From positions 128,001 to 192,000 of the forward strand of contig CAZALK010000003.1 in assembly GCA_964486045.1 (NCBI GenBank): a stretch of 64,000 bases of DNA, read 5' to 3'. This stretch comes from an uncultured archaeon (GTDB taxonomy: Archaea > Asgardarchaeota > Lokiarchaeia > Sigyniarchaeales > SOKP01). Shown piece by piece: positions 21,602 through 32,532 of the stretch (the stretch's first letter is position 1; the number at the start of each line of letters is the position of its first letter). Under the pieces are notes generated by a model. The model was not told where the DNA came from, did not search any database, and saw only the letters and a list, made by a program, of their open reading frames with translations. Both the position numbers and the translations under genes were made by a program.

Positions 21602-23284
21602 ATGGATTCTAATAAACTTATTATAAAGAATGGTCTTGTCTACGACCCTAATAACAACATCGAGGGAGAAAAAAAAGACATTTTGGTAGAATCGGGCAAG
21701 ATTATAGAAAAGTTTTCTAATAATAATAATATTAAAGAAATAGATGCAAATGGGAAAACAGTCATTCCCTCGGCCTTAGATATTCATACTCATATAGCTT
21801 CTCAGCAAGTAAATTGGGTAAGGCTGTTAGGGACGAACAATAGTAAATTTAAAGAAGCTTGGCAGGGACTCAGACTAGAGAAGGTAGCTAAAGATTATTT
21901 ATCAATGGGTTACACTTTTATCCTCGAAGCTAATGTGTTTCCTTCCTTAGCAAAGCAGACTATTTTTAACTTTCAACAATTACCTGTTTTAGATAAAGGG
22001 ATGTTATTAAATATCAGTAATCTATGGCCTTTAGAACTCGAGTTCCAAAGAGGAAAAATTAATAATATGGCAGTTTTTCTTTCTGATCTCCTATCTAAAA
22101 CCTACGGTTTCGGTTTTAAAGTATATAATCCTTTTGAATGTGAGGCTTGGAATTTAAAAGATTTAAGAGAAGATTTATCAAAACAAGGTAGACTGTATAA
22201 CTTCTCTGCTTTGGATGTGTATGAAAATATTGTTAAATGTGTGGAATCCCTTGAGTTACCTCATTCCGCTCATGTTCATATTGAAGCCTATGAAAATAAA
22301 ATTGGAAAAGACAATCTTTTCACGGTTTTAGAAAGGATTAAGTCATTAAATTTGAAACCTAATAAAGAAACTAGTTCAGTTAATAAAAGATCCCAAATAA
22401 TTCATGTTGCTCATGCAAATTCATATTCCACTGATGGGAATAATGAGAAATTAATTAATTTTCTAAATGAAAATCATAACATTAGTGCAGATTTAGCATT
22501 CGTTGGCTTTAATCTCATAAATCCAATTATCACATCAGATCGAAGACTGATTAATTCTATGTTAACAATGGATCCTATTGATAACCCGCACAAATTAATA
22601 AATTCTGCAATCGAATTTGAAGGAGATTCATTTGTATCAATGAGATTTCTACATAAAAGCGATTATAAAGCTTGCATTTTATGGGCTAACGCTCTTGATT
22701 TAGCTCTGAATGTTAAAGATAAATCTCAAGTGAGTTTATCACTCAATTTCCCTAATTACGCAAATATAACAGATATTCCTGAAATTGTTACTTGGTTAAT
22801 AAGTAGAGAAGCTCGAGAAAACTATATGAATGGAATGAATGACCAATTTCTTAAGCATAATTCTTTAGTTAGTAATGAGGAGGAGCTTAGTTTTTCTGAG
22901 CTCATAAGCCTAACGAGATCTACTCCTGCGAAATTATTAGGTCTGGCGAGCATTAAGGGAACTTTTAAGCCAGGTGCAGACGCTGATATTAACATATTAG
23001 GTATAAATACTGAAGATGCTAACTTATCTAAGGAATATGAAAAGCTAAAAACTTCACTACTGAATATTGAATATGTCATAAAATCGGGGAAAATTGTAAA
23101 GAAAGAAAACAAATTTGACCTCAATTCTAATGGATTGATTTTTTGGTCTCAAGGGAAAGTTAAATCTGAAGAAAAAAACCAGATAATGTCAAAAAAGAAA
23201 GAATTCTACACTAAGTATTCATCAATCTTTTATGATTCTTATCAGGTTTCTGTAAATAAGAATATTTTAAGGAAAATAGATTGA
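21602..23284 (+). CDS. fwdA: Formylmethanofuran dehydrogenase subunit A-like amidohydrolase (divergent)
   Basis: IIKNGLVYDP, DIHTH, LPHSAHVH, TRSTPAKLLGL, GADADI. Confidence 0.87.
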   Translation: MDSNKLIIKNGLVYDPNNNIEGEKKDILVESGKIIEKFSNNNNIKEIDANGKTVIPSALDIHTHIASQQVNWVRLLGTNNSKFKEAWQGLRLEKVAKDYLSMGYTFILEANVFPSLAKQTIFNFQQLPVLDKGMLLNISNLWPLELEFQRGKINNMAVFLSDLLSKTYGFGFKVYNPFECEAWNLKDLREDLSKQGRLYNFSALDVYENIVKCVESLELPHSAHVHIEAYENKIGKDNLFTVLERIKSLNLKPNKETSSVNKRSQIIHVAHANSYSTDGNNEKLINFLNENHNISADLAFVGFNLINPIITSDRRLINSMLTMDPIDNPHKLINSAIEFEGDSFVSMRFLHKSDYKACILWANALDLALNVKDKSQVSLSLNFPNYANITDIPEIVTWLISREARENYMNGMNDQFLKHNSLVSNEEELSFSELISLTRSTPAKLLGLASIKGTFKPGADADINILGINTEDANLSKEYEKLKTSLLNIEYVIKSGKIVKKENKFDLNSNGLIFWSQGKVKSEEKNQIMSKKKEFYTKYSSIFYDSYQVSVNKNILRKID

Positions 23285-23360
23285 GCTAAAGTATCCTATA
23301 AATTTAATTTTTGTTCTTCATTTTTTTTTATCAAATTATTAATATTGAATAAATGTTAAA

Positions 23361-24557
23361 ATGACAAGATTACCTTTAGATGGAATCACTGTCGTAGACT
23401 TCTCAACAATAATAGCTGCTCCATTAATCGGAACATTACTATCCGATTTTGGAGCCGAAGTAATCAAAGTAGAAAAACCGAAAGTTGGTGATGTGACTAG
23501 AGGAGGCGGGGATTTTTCTGGGAGAAGGAGCCCTTTATGGCTTACAATTAACAGGAATAAAAAGACTATCACTCTAGATCTTCATACAAATGAAGGTCAA
23601 GATATTGCTAGAAAACTTTGCGCTAAAACAGATGTAGTTATTTTTAATTTTCGACCTGGAGTTATAGAAAATTGGAATCTAGGACCTGACGATTTACATA
23701 AAATTAATCCAGACTTAATAATAGGACTAATTTCTGGTTATGGTCAAACTGGACCTTATAAGGATAAAGGAGGCTATGATAGAACGGTAAGCGCATTTTC
23801 AGGGGTGACATATACTTCTGGATACCCAGAACATCCACCTGTACGTTCTGGATTCCCATTAATTGATTATTTAACGGGATATCTTGGAGCGTTTGCAGTA
23901 ATGATGGCATTATATAATAGAGACGTCAATAAGAATGGAGGAGAGGTGATAGATTTAACTCTCACAGAATCTGCATTTAGAACATCGGGAGCTGCTATTT
24001 CAATGTATTCAAAATTTGGATCTATTTATGAAAGAGCTGGGAATCGAATTAGATTTGTAGTCCCTGCAGAGAATTTTGAAACAAAAGATGGAAGAATCGT
24101 AGCAATTAATGCAAATTCTATAAAACTTTGGGAAAGGTTAGCTGAAGCTATGAAAAGGAAAGACATGTTAACTGATAGTAGGTTTAACTCTTATTCAAAT
24201 CGATTTAAGAATCAAGATGAACTTTATGATATAATCGGGGATTGGGTAAAAAATTATATGGCTGTAGAAATTATGCAATTGCTAGAAAAAGCGGAAGTTC
24301 CATGTGAAAAAGTAAATAGTATTGCAGATTTAGCTGAAGATCCTCACATGCTTCAAAGAGAAGCCATTATAGAGTTTGAAGATTACGAATATGGAAAAAT
24401 TTTAGTACCGGGAATAGTCCCTAAATTAAAGAATTTTCCCGGACGCATTAAATTCTTAGGAGGTAAGTTAGGAGAGCACAATCAAGAAATATTTCAAAAT
24501 CTTCTTGGATTATCTTCAGAAGAAATTAAAGAATTGGAGGAAAAGGAAGTAATATAA
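23361..24557 (+). CDS. Family III CoA-transferase (CaiB/BaiF)
   Basis: PLDGITVVDFS, GAEVIKVE, NRNKK, NFRPG, SGYGQTGPY, GEHN. Confidence 0.93.
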   Translation: MTRLPLDGITVVDFSTIIAAPLIGTLLSDFGAEVIKVEKPKVGDVTRGGGDFSGRRSPLWLTINRNKKTITLDLHTNEGQDIARKLCAKTDVVIFNFRPGVIENWNLGPDDLHKINPDLIIGLISGYGQTGPYKDKGGYDRTVSAFSGVTYTSGYPEHPPVRSGFPLIDYLTGYLGAFAVMMALYNRDVNKNGGEVIDLTLTESAFRTSGAAISMYSKFGSIYERAGNRIRFVVPAENFETKDGRIVAINANSIKLWERLAEAMKRKDMLTDSRFNSYSNRFKNQDELYDIIGDWVKNYMAVEIMQLLEKAEVPCEKVNSIADLAEDPHMLQREAIIEFEDYEYGKILVPGIVPKLKNFPGRIKFLGGKLGEHNQEIFQNLLGLSSEEIKELEEKEVI

Positions 24558-24595
24558 CATTTATATTTCAGTTTATTTGAAGAGAAAAAATATTA

Positions 24596-26101
24596 TCAGG
24601 GGGTCTCAGGAATCAAAACAATAAAGTTACTACCTCGTGAATAATCATCCTTCACCTTATTCTCAACCCAAATTTTACCATTATAATTATCTATGATGTT
24701 TTTCACGAGTGTTAGCCCAAATCCTAAACCTTTCGAGTCTTTTTCTTTTATGGATCCTTTTTGAAATATCAGATCTTTCTTATCTTGTGTTATCCCAATA
24801 CCGTTATCTATGAATTGAAATTTAATAAATTTAATCTTATTTTTAATCATTTTGGTGACTTTAATAAGAATCTCTATGTTGTTGTTGTTATTATAAGTTA
24901 TAGCATTATTTAATAAATTGTCAAAAACGTCATTTAGAAGTTCGTCAGCTTGAATGTGAATTCTCTCTGCGAAAGAATCTACTTTTATGTTTATATTTTT
25001 CTCATGAAAACTGTTGTGAATAAATTCTATTGCCTCGCTTAATTTTTTCATGGCTTCCATTGATTTTAATGAGATCTTGGATTGGTCTAAAGAAAAAGCT
25101 TTTCCAACATTAGCAACTAATTTTGTTCCTCTAATAAATTGTTTTTCGATAATATCATATAGAGCTTCAATATCTTTTTCTCTTCCAGATTCACCCAAAT
25201 ATTTCTTACTAAGATCAACTGAGAGCTTTATGTTTGAAAAGATGTTATTTATGTCATGGTAGAATAGATTCTTGTATAACTCAGCTCGATTAAAAGCATT
25301 TTTATATTTTTCTTCAGATTCTTTTAACTTTTGTTCTGCTTCCTTTTTCTCTGTTATATCATGAGTAAATCCGCAAAAACCAACTTTATCACCACTCGAA
25401 TTATATTTCAAATACGCTATTCCTTCGAATGTCCGAATTTTTCCATCATTTCTTATGACTTGGCTTTCAAAGGTTTCTTTTAGAAGGTTTTTTTCATACA
25501 TATTAGTGAAGATTTCCACAATCTCTTGTCTCGTGTTCTTCTCCAAAACTAGATTTGAATTCGTTCCTAATAGCTTGTCTCTTGAAATTCCTAAGTAACG
25601 GCAAGTATAATCATTTACATAAGTATAATTTCCTTCAAGATCTATTTCGTAATACCCATCTTCAATGTTTTCAATAATCTCTCTATATCTCTCATCAGAT
25701 TCCTTAAGTTTTTGTTCTGCTTCCTTTTCTTTGATTAGGTCTCTAATAACTGCTACTATTTTAGTTTGATTTTCATAATCCACTGCACGACCCTTTGCTG
25801 AAACAGGAATATAATATCCCTTTTTGTGCCGAATTAGAAAATTCTCGGTAATTATCTCTCTTGTTTTTAGTCCATATTTAATTGATTCTACAATTCTTGA
25901 CAAATCATCTTGGTGTATAAAATCCATAACCTTTTTTCCCTTGAGTTTCTCAGGAGAATAACCTAATAAATCATAAACTTGAGGATTAACAAATGTAATA
26001 TTGAAATCTAAATCGAATTCTACTATTATATCTAGAATGCTATTAATAAGATTGAAATGTTTCTTTTCAAGCGTTATTGAATCATTTTTAAACTTATTCA
26101 T
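24596..26101 (-). CDS. PAS-PAS sensor histidine kinase
   Basis: Two PAS/PAC repeats; H-box HDINN, N-box NLLNNA, DNGIGI, GLGFGL. Confidence 0.92.
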   Translation of the reverse strand: MNKFKNDSITLEKKHFNLINSILDIIVEFDLDFNITFVNPQVYDLLGYSPEKLKGKKVMDFIHQDDLSRIVESIKYGLKTREIITENFLIRHKKGYYIPVSAKGRAVDYENQTKIVAVIRDLIKEKEAEQKLKESDERYREIIENIEDGYYEIDLEGNYTYVNDYTCRYLGISRDKLLGTNSNLVLEKNTRQEIVEIFTNMYEKNLLKETFESQVIRNDGKIRTFEGIAYLKYNSSGDKVGFCGFTHDITEKKEAEQKLKESEEKYKNAFNRAELYKNLFYHDINNIFSNIKLSVDLSKKYLGESGREKDIEALYDIIEKQFIRGTKLVANVGKAFSLDQSKISLKSMEAMKKLSEAIEFIHNSFHEKNINIKVDSFAERIHIQADELLNDVFDNLLNNAITYNNNNNIEILIKVTKMIKNKIKFIKFQFIDNGIGITQDKKDLIFQKGSIKEKDSKGLGFGLTLVKNIIDNYNGKIWVENKVKDDYSRGSNFIVLIPETP

Positions 26102-26341
26102 AATAGAGATTTCCGTTTGAATACATCTTGGGCAATAATTTTAAAGCAAATGACTTTCTGCTTTTTACAGAACCCCGATAATATGTACAACCACAATTTA
26201 GTCAAAAAACATGGTGTACATAGTGATAAAGAAGTTTTATGAATATATTTGTATGTGATATACTCATTTTTGTTCTTATAGTTCGAACAAGAGAGGAAAA
26301 AGTGAAAGGGAAACAAATGGGATGAATTATTTTAAAGTGAA

Positions 26342-27517
26342 TTATAATTTCAAAGGATATTTCCGGTATTTCTCTATTGCTGCTCGGAAAGCTAGGATAT
26401 TTTCCCAGGGAACGTTCAGAATGTTATGACTGGGACCTGCGAAATATCCTCCGCCTACAGCAGCGGCTTTTATACATCTCCTTACTTCTTCTTCGACTTC
26501 TTTAGGAGTCCCGAAACTTAATATTCTGGTAGCATCCATTCCCCCCCATAAGCTTACTTGATCTCCTAAAGTCTCTTTTAAATGTGCTATATCTACCCCT
26601 GCTGCAGGTTCTAATGACTGAATGCCATCCAATCCTGCATCAACCATGTCAGGGAGTAATTTATCGATATATCCACATGAATGCTGAATTACAAACATCC
26701 CATTTTTATGACATTCTTGATATATTTTTTTATAATAGGGTAACATAAAGGTCTGGAAATTCTCAAGAGAGAACATAGATCTCCCTTTATAGCCTAAGTC
26801 ATCATAATAAAACACGATATCTATTCCTGCTTCTGCATAACGTTTAACAAATTCCAAATTTACCTTAGTATATTCACTCATTACTTCATGGATAAATTGG
26901 GGATTTTTCCTCATATTATATACGACTCTCCCTACAGTCATACCCTCAAAAAGAGCTTCATTCATAGCAATCATTAGACGAGTTATTGGATAAAAATAAG
27001 GTGAGAGGCTTTTGACAAATTCTTCCCAAATTTTTGGTGAATAATTCACTTCATCATTTATGTGTTCCGAGGGCTTTCCATATTCATCCCAATATGAATG
27101 TACGATCTCTGGTGTATGAAAAACACCATCAACATACCATGCATATGTTAAACCTGTCTTAACTTGTTCCACTCGCTGAAATACCCGACCTGACGTTGGA
27201 AGAATATAACTATTAGGATATTCAGATGGTCCTTCAGTCACCTTTGTTTTCATTCTATGACGCCATGGATCAGCTGTGTGACAATCGACATTCCAGAATC
27301 GTAGTTCTGTAATATCCCCCGCCCAACGATAATCTTCTCTTGAAAATTTATTTTCTATATACGTTTTACATTCCTGATATTCGTCAGTTTCGAGGAAATG
27401 TTGATAAGCAGTACCAGTTCTTTCGAAACCAAGATAATGGATTGGAACCATATCTGGTTCATCGCCAGACAAAGTTCTAATAACCCTCTCTCGTTTGGAT
27501 AATACCATAATACCCAA
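26342..27517 (-). CDS. UroD/MtaA-family methyltransferase-like protein
   Basis: RERVIRTL..EPDMVP, DDLG, HSCG, LWGGMD, PWENI. Confidence 0.88.
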   Translation of the reverse strand: MGIMVLSKRERVIRTLSGDEPDMVPIHYLGFERTGTAYQHFLETDEYQECKTYIENKFSREDYRWAGDITELRFWNVDCHTADPWRHRMKTKVTEGPSEYPNSYILPTSGRVFQRVEQVKTGLTYAWYVDGVFHTPEIVHSYWDEYGKPSEHINDEVNYSPKIWEEFVKSLSPYFYPITRLMIAMNEALFEGMTVGRVVYNMRKNPQFIHEVMSEYTKVNLEFVKRYAEAGIDIVFYYDDLGYKGRSMFSLENFQTFMLPYYKKIYQECHKNGMFVIQHSCGYIDKLLPDMVDAGLDGIQSLEPAAGVDIAHLKETLGDQVSLWGGMDATRILSFGTPKEVEEEVRRCIKAAAVGGGYFAGPSHNILNVPWENILAFRAAIEKYRKYPLKL

Positions 27518-27630
27518 TTAATCTTGATTATTTAAAAAAAATTTTAAAACAATTAAAGTAGATATAATTATTATCTAAAGAAATGAACTTAGAATATAAT
27601 TAATCTTTTATTTGGTAAGAGGAAAATGTC

Positions 27631-28266
27631 ATGGATTTTGAAGAATTAACCGACCTAATAGTAGAATTGGAAGTGGATGATATTGGCGATGCTGTTAAGG
27701 TTGCACTTGATGAAGATGGAAAAGATCCTTTCGAAATCTTAGCAGCTTTAAGCAAGGGGATGGATGAGGTAAGTCGTCGTTACGAGGAATTTGATTATTT
27801 TTTAGGGGAATTAGTTCTAGCAGGAGATACCATGAAAGCTGGGCTTGAAGTACTAAAGCCAGCTTTGGCTGTTTCAGATAGTACGGTAGAGAAGTTAAAA
27901 GTCGTAATAGGAACTGTTAAAGGTGATCAGCATGATTTAGGGAAGAATATACTAGGGACACTACTTTTGAGTGCAAACTTTGAAGTATACGATCTAGGAA
28001 GAGATGTAGGTGCTGAAGAAATCGTGGAAAAAGTTAAAGAAACGGGAGCCTCGGTAGTAGCACTAAGTACTCTTTTATCTATGACTGTTGACCAAATTGG
28101 AGTTGTACATAAAGCTTTACAAGATGCGGGATTAAGAGATAAAGTAAAGTTGATTGTGGGAGGAGCACCATTAAATATGGAACTCGCAAAAAAATTTGGT
28201 GCTGATGGTTATGCTGATGATGCGATTTATGGAGTTGCGGAAATTAAAAAACTAGTCGAAAATTAA
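27631..28266 (+). CDS. Corrinoid (B12-binding) protein, MtaC/MtbC-like
   Basis: GTVKGDQHDLGKN (DxHxxG), DLGRDV, VGGAP. Confidence 0.93.
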   Translation: MDFEELTDLIVELEVDDIGDAVKVALDEDGKDPFEILAALSKGMDEVSRRYEEFDYFLGELVLAGDTMKAGLEVLKPALAVSDSTVEKLKVVIGTVKGDQHDLGKNILGTLLLSANFEVYDLGRDVGAEEIVEKVKETGASVVALSTLLSMTVDQIGVVHKALQDAGLRDKVKLIVGGAPLNMELAKKFGADGYADDAIYGVAEIKKLVEN

Positions 28267-28299
28267 TCATATCTAATTTTATCTTCTAATAACTCTAAG

Positions 28300-28920
28300 C
28301 TACAATCCAAAACTAGAAAAATACGCTGTATAATATCCCAACACGGATATAACACTTATCGAAATAATCCAGGATCTTTTATACTGTTTATAATACTCAT
28401 CCTCTATCTGTTTTTCTTTTGATTCATCTGCAAGTGCTTGTTGTTTTTGGATCTTCAATGATCCTGGATCGGATAATACATAATAGAGACTTGCGTCATA
28501 TTTGGCTCTATCTCTAATTAAAGCCATTTTACCCCATGTATCCAACAATTTTGAATCTTTAAGTTTGATCATTATGTACAAAATTTCACAAATTGCGATA
28601 CCGAATATGAGATAATCGAAAAATCCATAACTGAAATTTGTTGTTGGAATTATTAAAATCCCTGGCAAGGAATAGAAAGCCCCACAGAGAATAGCCCCAA
28701 TAACAAAAACCATATAGAAAGGATTTTTTTTAATAAAAGTTAAAATAATTCCAATCGTCAATATCAGCAGAAAAATGTGAGCAAGAAACGCTAAAATTAA
28801 ACTATTTAGAATTATCAGCACCATAAAACTCATGACAAAACAGTTGAATAAACCAAAGAAAATATCAAAATACTCAATAATCTCTCTTTTATTTGAAGTG
28901 TTATTATCATTCATTTCCAT
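28300..28920 (-). CDS. Hypothetical membrane protein
   Basis: 206 aa with several TM segments. Confidence 0.7.
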   Translation of the reverse strand: MEMNDNNTSNKREIIEYFDIFFGLFNCFVMSFMVLIILNSLILAFLAHIFLLILTIGIILTFIKKNPFYMVFVIGAILCGAFYSLPGILIIPTTNFSYGFFDYLIFGIAICEILYIMIKLKDSKLLDTWGKMALIRDRAKYDASLYYVLSDPGSLKIQKQQALADESKEKQIEDEYYKQYKRSWIISISVISVLGYYTAYFSSFGL

Positions 28921-29071
28921 TGTTTTTGTTAGGTTTTAGATTAAATTCGATTATTTAATTAATATGGGATAATTAATGATTAAATAAAAATTGGGATATA
29001 TTAGGGAAAAAAAATTATGTAAAAAGCTTATGTTAAAGAGTTATTTATTACATTCTTGGTCAGAAAATTCT

Positions 29072-30496
29072 CTAATAATTTAACCCTTTAAAGTAGTTAA
29101 CGGTAGTAAAAAGATTCTTACCACCTTTTCTTAGAAACTTCATCGCATCCTCTATTCCTTCAATAGACAAATCATACATGGGGATAATACTAGAAATTAT
29201 TTTACGCGTCCAAGGGCTCCATTCGGGTCTAATTAACTCGGGGTTTAGCCACACAATCCCATCCTTGAAATGGTGAGCTAGCTCTTTAATATAATAGATA
29301 CCAGGCATCTCATTCTTGTGATAGTAATATATCGAACCATACTTTTCTGTAAGTTCCCAACTAGCCATAGCAGCGTCTCCAACGATCACTACGCGATATT
29401 TTTTGTCATATTTTTTTAAAAAATCATCAAATTCAATTGCTTCATCAGGATTTCTTCGACCACTAAAGTATAGAGTCTCATAAATGCAATTATGAAAGTA
29501 ATAATATTTGAAGTCCTTCCAGTGTGACATGTTATTAGCTGCGGAGAAAAGAAGATTGACGAATTTGGCATATGGAGTCATACTACCACCTACGTCCATA
29601 AGAAGTAAGATTTTAACATCATTTTTGCGTCGTTTATCAAACACTATTTCGATATCTCCACCATTCTTTGCGGTCTTATCAATAGTATCATCAATATTCA
29701 ATTCATCTTGCTTTCCAATTTCTTCAAGTTTTTTGAGTCTTTTAAGAGCTACTTTAATCTGTCTTGTATCGAGAACTATATCTTTTCTATAGTCTTTAAA
29801 GATTCTTTTTTCAGCAATTTGAACGGCAGTTCGCATTCCTGCTGATCCCCCAATTCTCATACCCATTTCATTTTGTCCAGAATTACCAAATGGTGAAGTA
29901 CCTCGAGTACCAACCCAATGGTCCCCGAAATTGTGTTCTTCATCCTGTTGCTGCATTAATTCTTCGAGTCTTTTTTGCATTTCTTCAAGACTAAAAAACT
30001 GACTCCTCATTTCTGATGGTTGTCCGCCTAACTCATTTGCGTTGAGATTACTCTTTAGCCATTTTAGGATTTCTTCCCTAATCATATCTGGTGTGTCAGT
30101 TAAAACTCCTTTTCGTAGCTCAGCATCGTATTTTTCCAAAAGTTCTTCCAAAAATTTTTGTATATCCTCCACATTCAAATACTGCTGGTATTCTTTTAGT
30201 AGGATTTGTACTCCTTCTATTAATTCAGGAAAAGCTAGGGGTTTTTCAAGCCAATCCCAAATGTCTTGTTTAAAATCTTCTGGGAATTGGATCATCGCGT
30301 TTTTGAAGAAGTTCGCAAATGAAATATCATAGATATCAAAGTGATGCTCGTTCTTGCAGAGGATGGATCTTGAAGTGTAATAAAAATCTAAAAAATTCTT
30401 AATAAGCCCTTTATTAAGAGCTTCTAATAAAGTCAAATACTCTGTAATACTTACCGGCAATCTTTCTTTCAGATAGTAGAAAAATTCGACAAACAT
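29072..30496 (-). CDS. VWA-domain protein (CoxE-like MoxR partner), long paralog
   Basis: LLMDVGGSM MIDAS motif, YYFHNCIY, VGDAAM, VWLNP, GTRGTSPFG. Confidence 0.9.
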   Translation of the reverse strand: MFVEFFYYLKERLPVSITEYLTLLEALNKGLIKNFLDFYYTSRSILCKNEHHFDIYDISFANFFKNAMIQFPEDFKQDIWDWLEKPLAFPELIEGVQILLKEYQQYLNVEDIQKFLEELLEKYDAELRKGVLTDTPDMIREEILKWLKSNLNANELGGQPSEMRSQFFSLEEMQKRLEELMQQQDEEHNFGDHWVGTRGTSPFGNSGQNEMGMRIGGSAGMRTAVQIAEKRIFKDYRKDIVLDTRQIKVALKRLKKLEEIGKQDELNIDDTIDKTAKNGGDIEIVFDKRRKNDVKILLLMDVGGSMTPYAKFVNLLFSAANNMSHWKDFKYYYFHNCIYETLYFSGRRNPDEAIEFDDFLKKYDKKYRVVIVGDAAMASWELTEKYGSIYYYHKNEMPGIYYIKELAHHFKDGIVWLNPELIRPEWSPWTRKIISSIIPMYDLSIEGIEDAMKFLRKGGKNLFTTVNYFKGLNY

Positions 30497-30660
30497 TTCT
30501 ATAAATAATCTAATTTATTATTTCTTAATATTATATAAATTTGTAACTATTATAGGTTTTTGTCAAGTTAGGGGTAATAATAAAACCTACATTGATTCCA
30601 AAAGCAAACTGCCTTAGAAAACAATTAATATCACACTTATTTACTCCTAATTTATTTTTT

Positions 30661-31836
30661 TTAATTTGTATACTCACAGATAATAGCACTCGGTTTATTT
30701 AAGACTTTTGTAAGAATGAGGAGCCCTTTTTTTCTCCCTTTCCCATGAAATGACTTCTGAATGCTCTTTAAATCAACAGAGATCCCTCGAGCTTTCAAAT
30801 CCACATGACTAATGTTTAACCTTCTTAGAGTTTTATTAATTAAACTGTAATCCAAGGTAATATAAGTAAGAACATGATAACATTTTAAAATGGGAATGTT
30901 GATAAATGAATCGCTTGTAAGATAGGCAATTTTTTTATGTATTTGAGATAGTTCATATAGTTCTGCGATATCACTTATTAAATGTGCTTTAATAAAAGCA
31001 GGATCGGGTTCATAGATAAAATCCTTAGGTTCGCAAACAGGAACAATATATCTTTTTGATTTTTGAACCCAAGTAATTTTTTCAGGTAATTTAGTTGCTA
31101 AAATTGCGTTCGTATCTGAATAGGTTTTAAATTTACCAAACCACAAGACAACTTCTTTTACTTCTCCCTTATAGGATATAACTTCAATATCACAATCATA
31201 TTTAATTCGAGAAAGATCGACCCTCGGGGCTATTTTTACACATATATTTTGGGAAAAAAATTTTAATTTTTCAACAAATGATAGAGGAGGTTCATACTCT
31301 TCAATTTTAACGGTTCTAATCCCCTTACTTCTTCTACTTGGATCAAAAAAGATACAATCAACATCTCCCAATTTCTTCTGAAAATCAATATCATCTAACA
31401 ATTTTATTATATCACCGAGAAAAAAATCCACATTTTGGTCGACGTTATAAACATGTATATTATGTTTTAACATTTCCATGGTGTTTGGATTTTTTTCTAC
31501 TGATAACACGTTCCAACGCAGTGCCATGGCAATAGTATCTCCTCCGATACCGGCTCCTACGTCTAATGATTTTTGAATCTTACCTAATTTCTGTCTCATC
31601 TTCCAAGTTCGATATTGCGCAACGTGTATTGAAGAAGCTTGAGACAATCCATCCCTACTAAATTTCATTTGATGTGCTCTAGGGAACTTCTTTTTCCCTT
31701 TAACCTGTAAATGAACTTCTTCAAGAAGTTTCTCGATTTCTATTTTACCGAAACCTTTTTTTTCTAAGAAAATCCAACGCTTTTTGACATCTCGGATTTG
31801 AGAGAGCGTATCAATTAAAGATCCCATGCACAACAA
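30661..31836 (-). CDS. Class I SAM-dependent methyltransferase with THUMP-like C-terminus
   Basis: LDVGAGIGGD, FFDPSRR, VKIAP, YEPDPAFIKA. Confidence 0.8.
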   Translation of the reverse strand: MLCMGSLIDTLSQIRDVKKRWIFLEKKGFGKIEIEKLLEEVHLQVKGKKKFPRAHQMKFSRDGLSQASSIHVAQYRTWKMRQKLGKIQKSLDVGAGIGGDTIAMALRWNVLSVEKNPNTMEMLKHNIHVYNVDQNVDFFLGDIIKLLDDIDFQKKLGDVDCIFFDPSRRSKGIRTVKIEEYEPPLSFVEKLKFFSQNICVKIAPRVDLSRIKYDCDIEVISYKGEVKEVVLWFGKFKTYSDTNAILATKLPEKITWVQKSKRYIVPVCEPKDFIYEPDPAFIKAHLISDIAELYELSQIHKKIAYLTSDSFINIPILKCYHVLTYITLDYSLINKTLRRLNISHVDLKARGISVDLKSIQKSFHGKGRKKGLLILTKVLNKPSAIICEYTN

Positions 31837-32017
31837 TTGTTTATTATTATTTTAGAAATATATTAAACACATAACTGTAACCTTATTATAGCTAATTTCT
31901 AATTAATAATAAAGATATAATATGATTTTTATTGAATGTCTAAAATTTAACAATTAAATGCTTAATTTGAGTTCTGAATATTTTTATTTTTTTCAAAAAA
32001 CTATCTTATACGCATTT

Positions 32018-32515
32018 TTATTCAAGGGATTTATAGAAATCCTCATCAATTTCGTCGTCTAAAATTGTTCTTCTATTTTTTCGACGGAAGTATAAACCAA
32101 GCAGAATCCCTACCGTTAAACCAATAATTATGGCTTCAATCATAAAAACGCTTAAATAAAATAGAATGGACATGATTGACAATCCTTGAGATATTGTGAA
32201 TGATACCCACTCAAACATGGTCATTGAAATAGCGGCTAACAGCGCCCCAATGAAACCAATTACTAATCCAAGTTTAATTTCAAATTGGTGTTTTTTTCTA
32301 TTAGATAACCCGAAATATACTCCAATTATAACACCAATGATCATCTGAAAATCACCAAAAAAGATTAAACCTGATGGAAAAATCAGATAGGTTATAAATG
32401 CAATTAAATCAACGATAACAATACCTGAAAAAATATTCTTCTCTTTAGCTTTACCATAAAAATTAACAATATTTAGCATTTTTAACACATTGTTTGATTT
32501 GAGTTTAAAGCTCAA
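32018..32515 (-). CDS. Hypothetical membrane protein
   Basis: About 4 TM helices; start position uncertain. Confidence 0.65.
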   Translation of the reverse strand: MSFKLKSNNVLKMLNIVNFYGKAKEKNIFSGIVIVDLIAFITYLIFPSGLIFFGDFQMIIGVIIGVYFGLSNRKKHQFEIKLGLVIGFIGALLAAISMTMFEWVSFTISQGLSIMSILFYLSVFMIEAIIIGLTVGILLGLYFRRKNRRTILDDEIDEDFYKSLE

Positions 32516-32532
32516 AAATTCTTTAAATTATG

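Noticed and set aside
26098-26316. 72-aa ORF upstream of the kinase (likewise 56766-56951, 50012-50353, 53554-53760)
   Set aside because: No motifs, weak starts, or antisense to better-supported ORFs.
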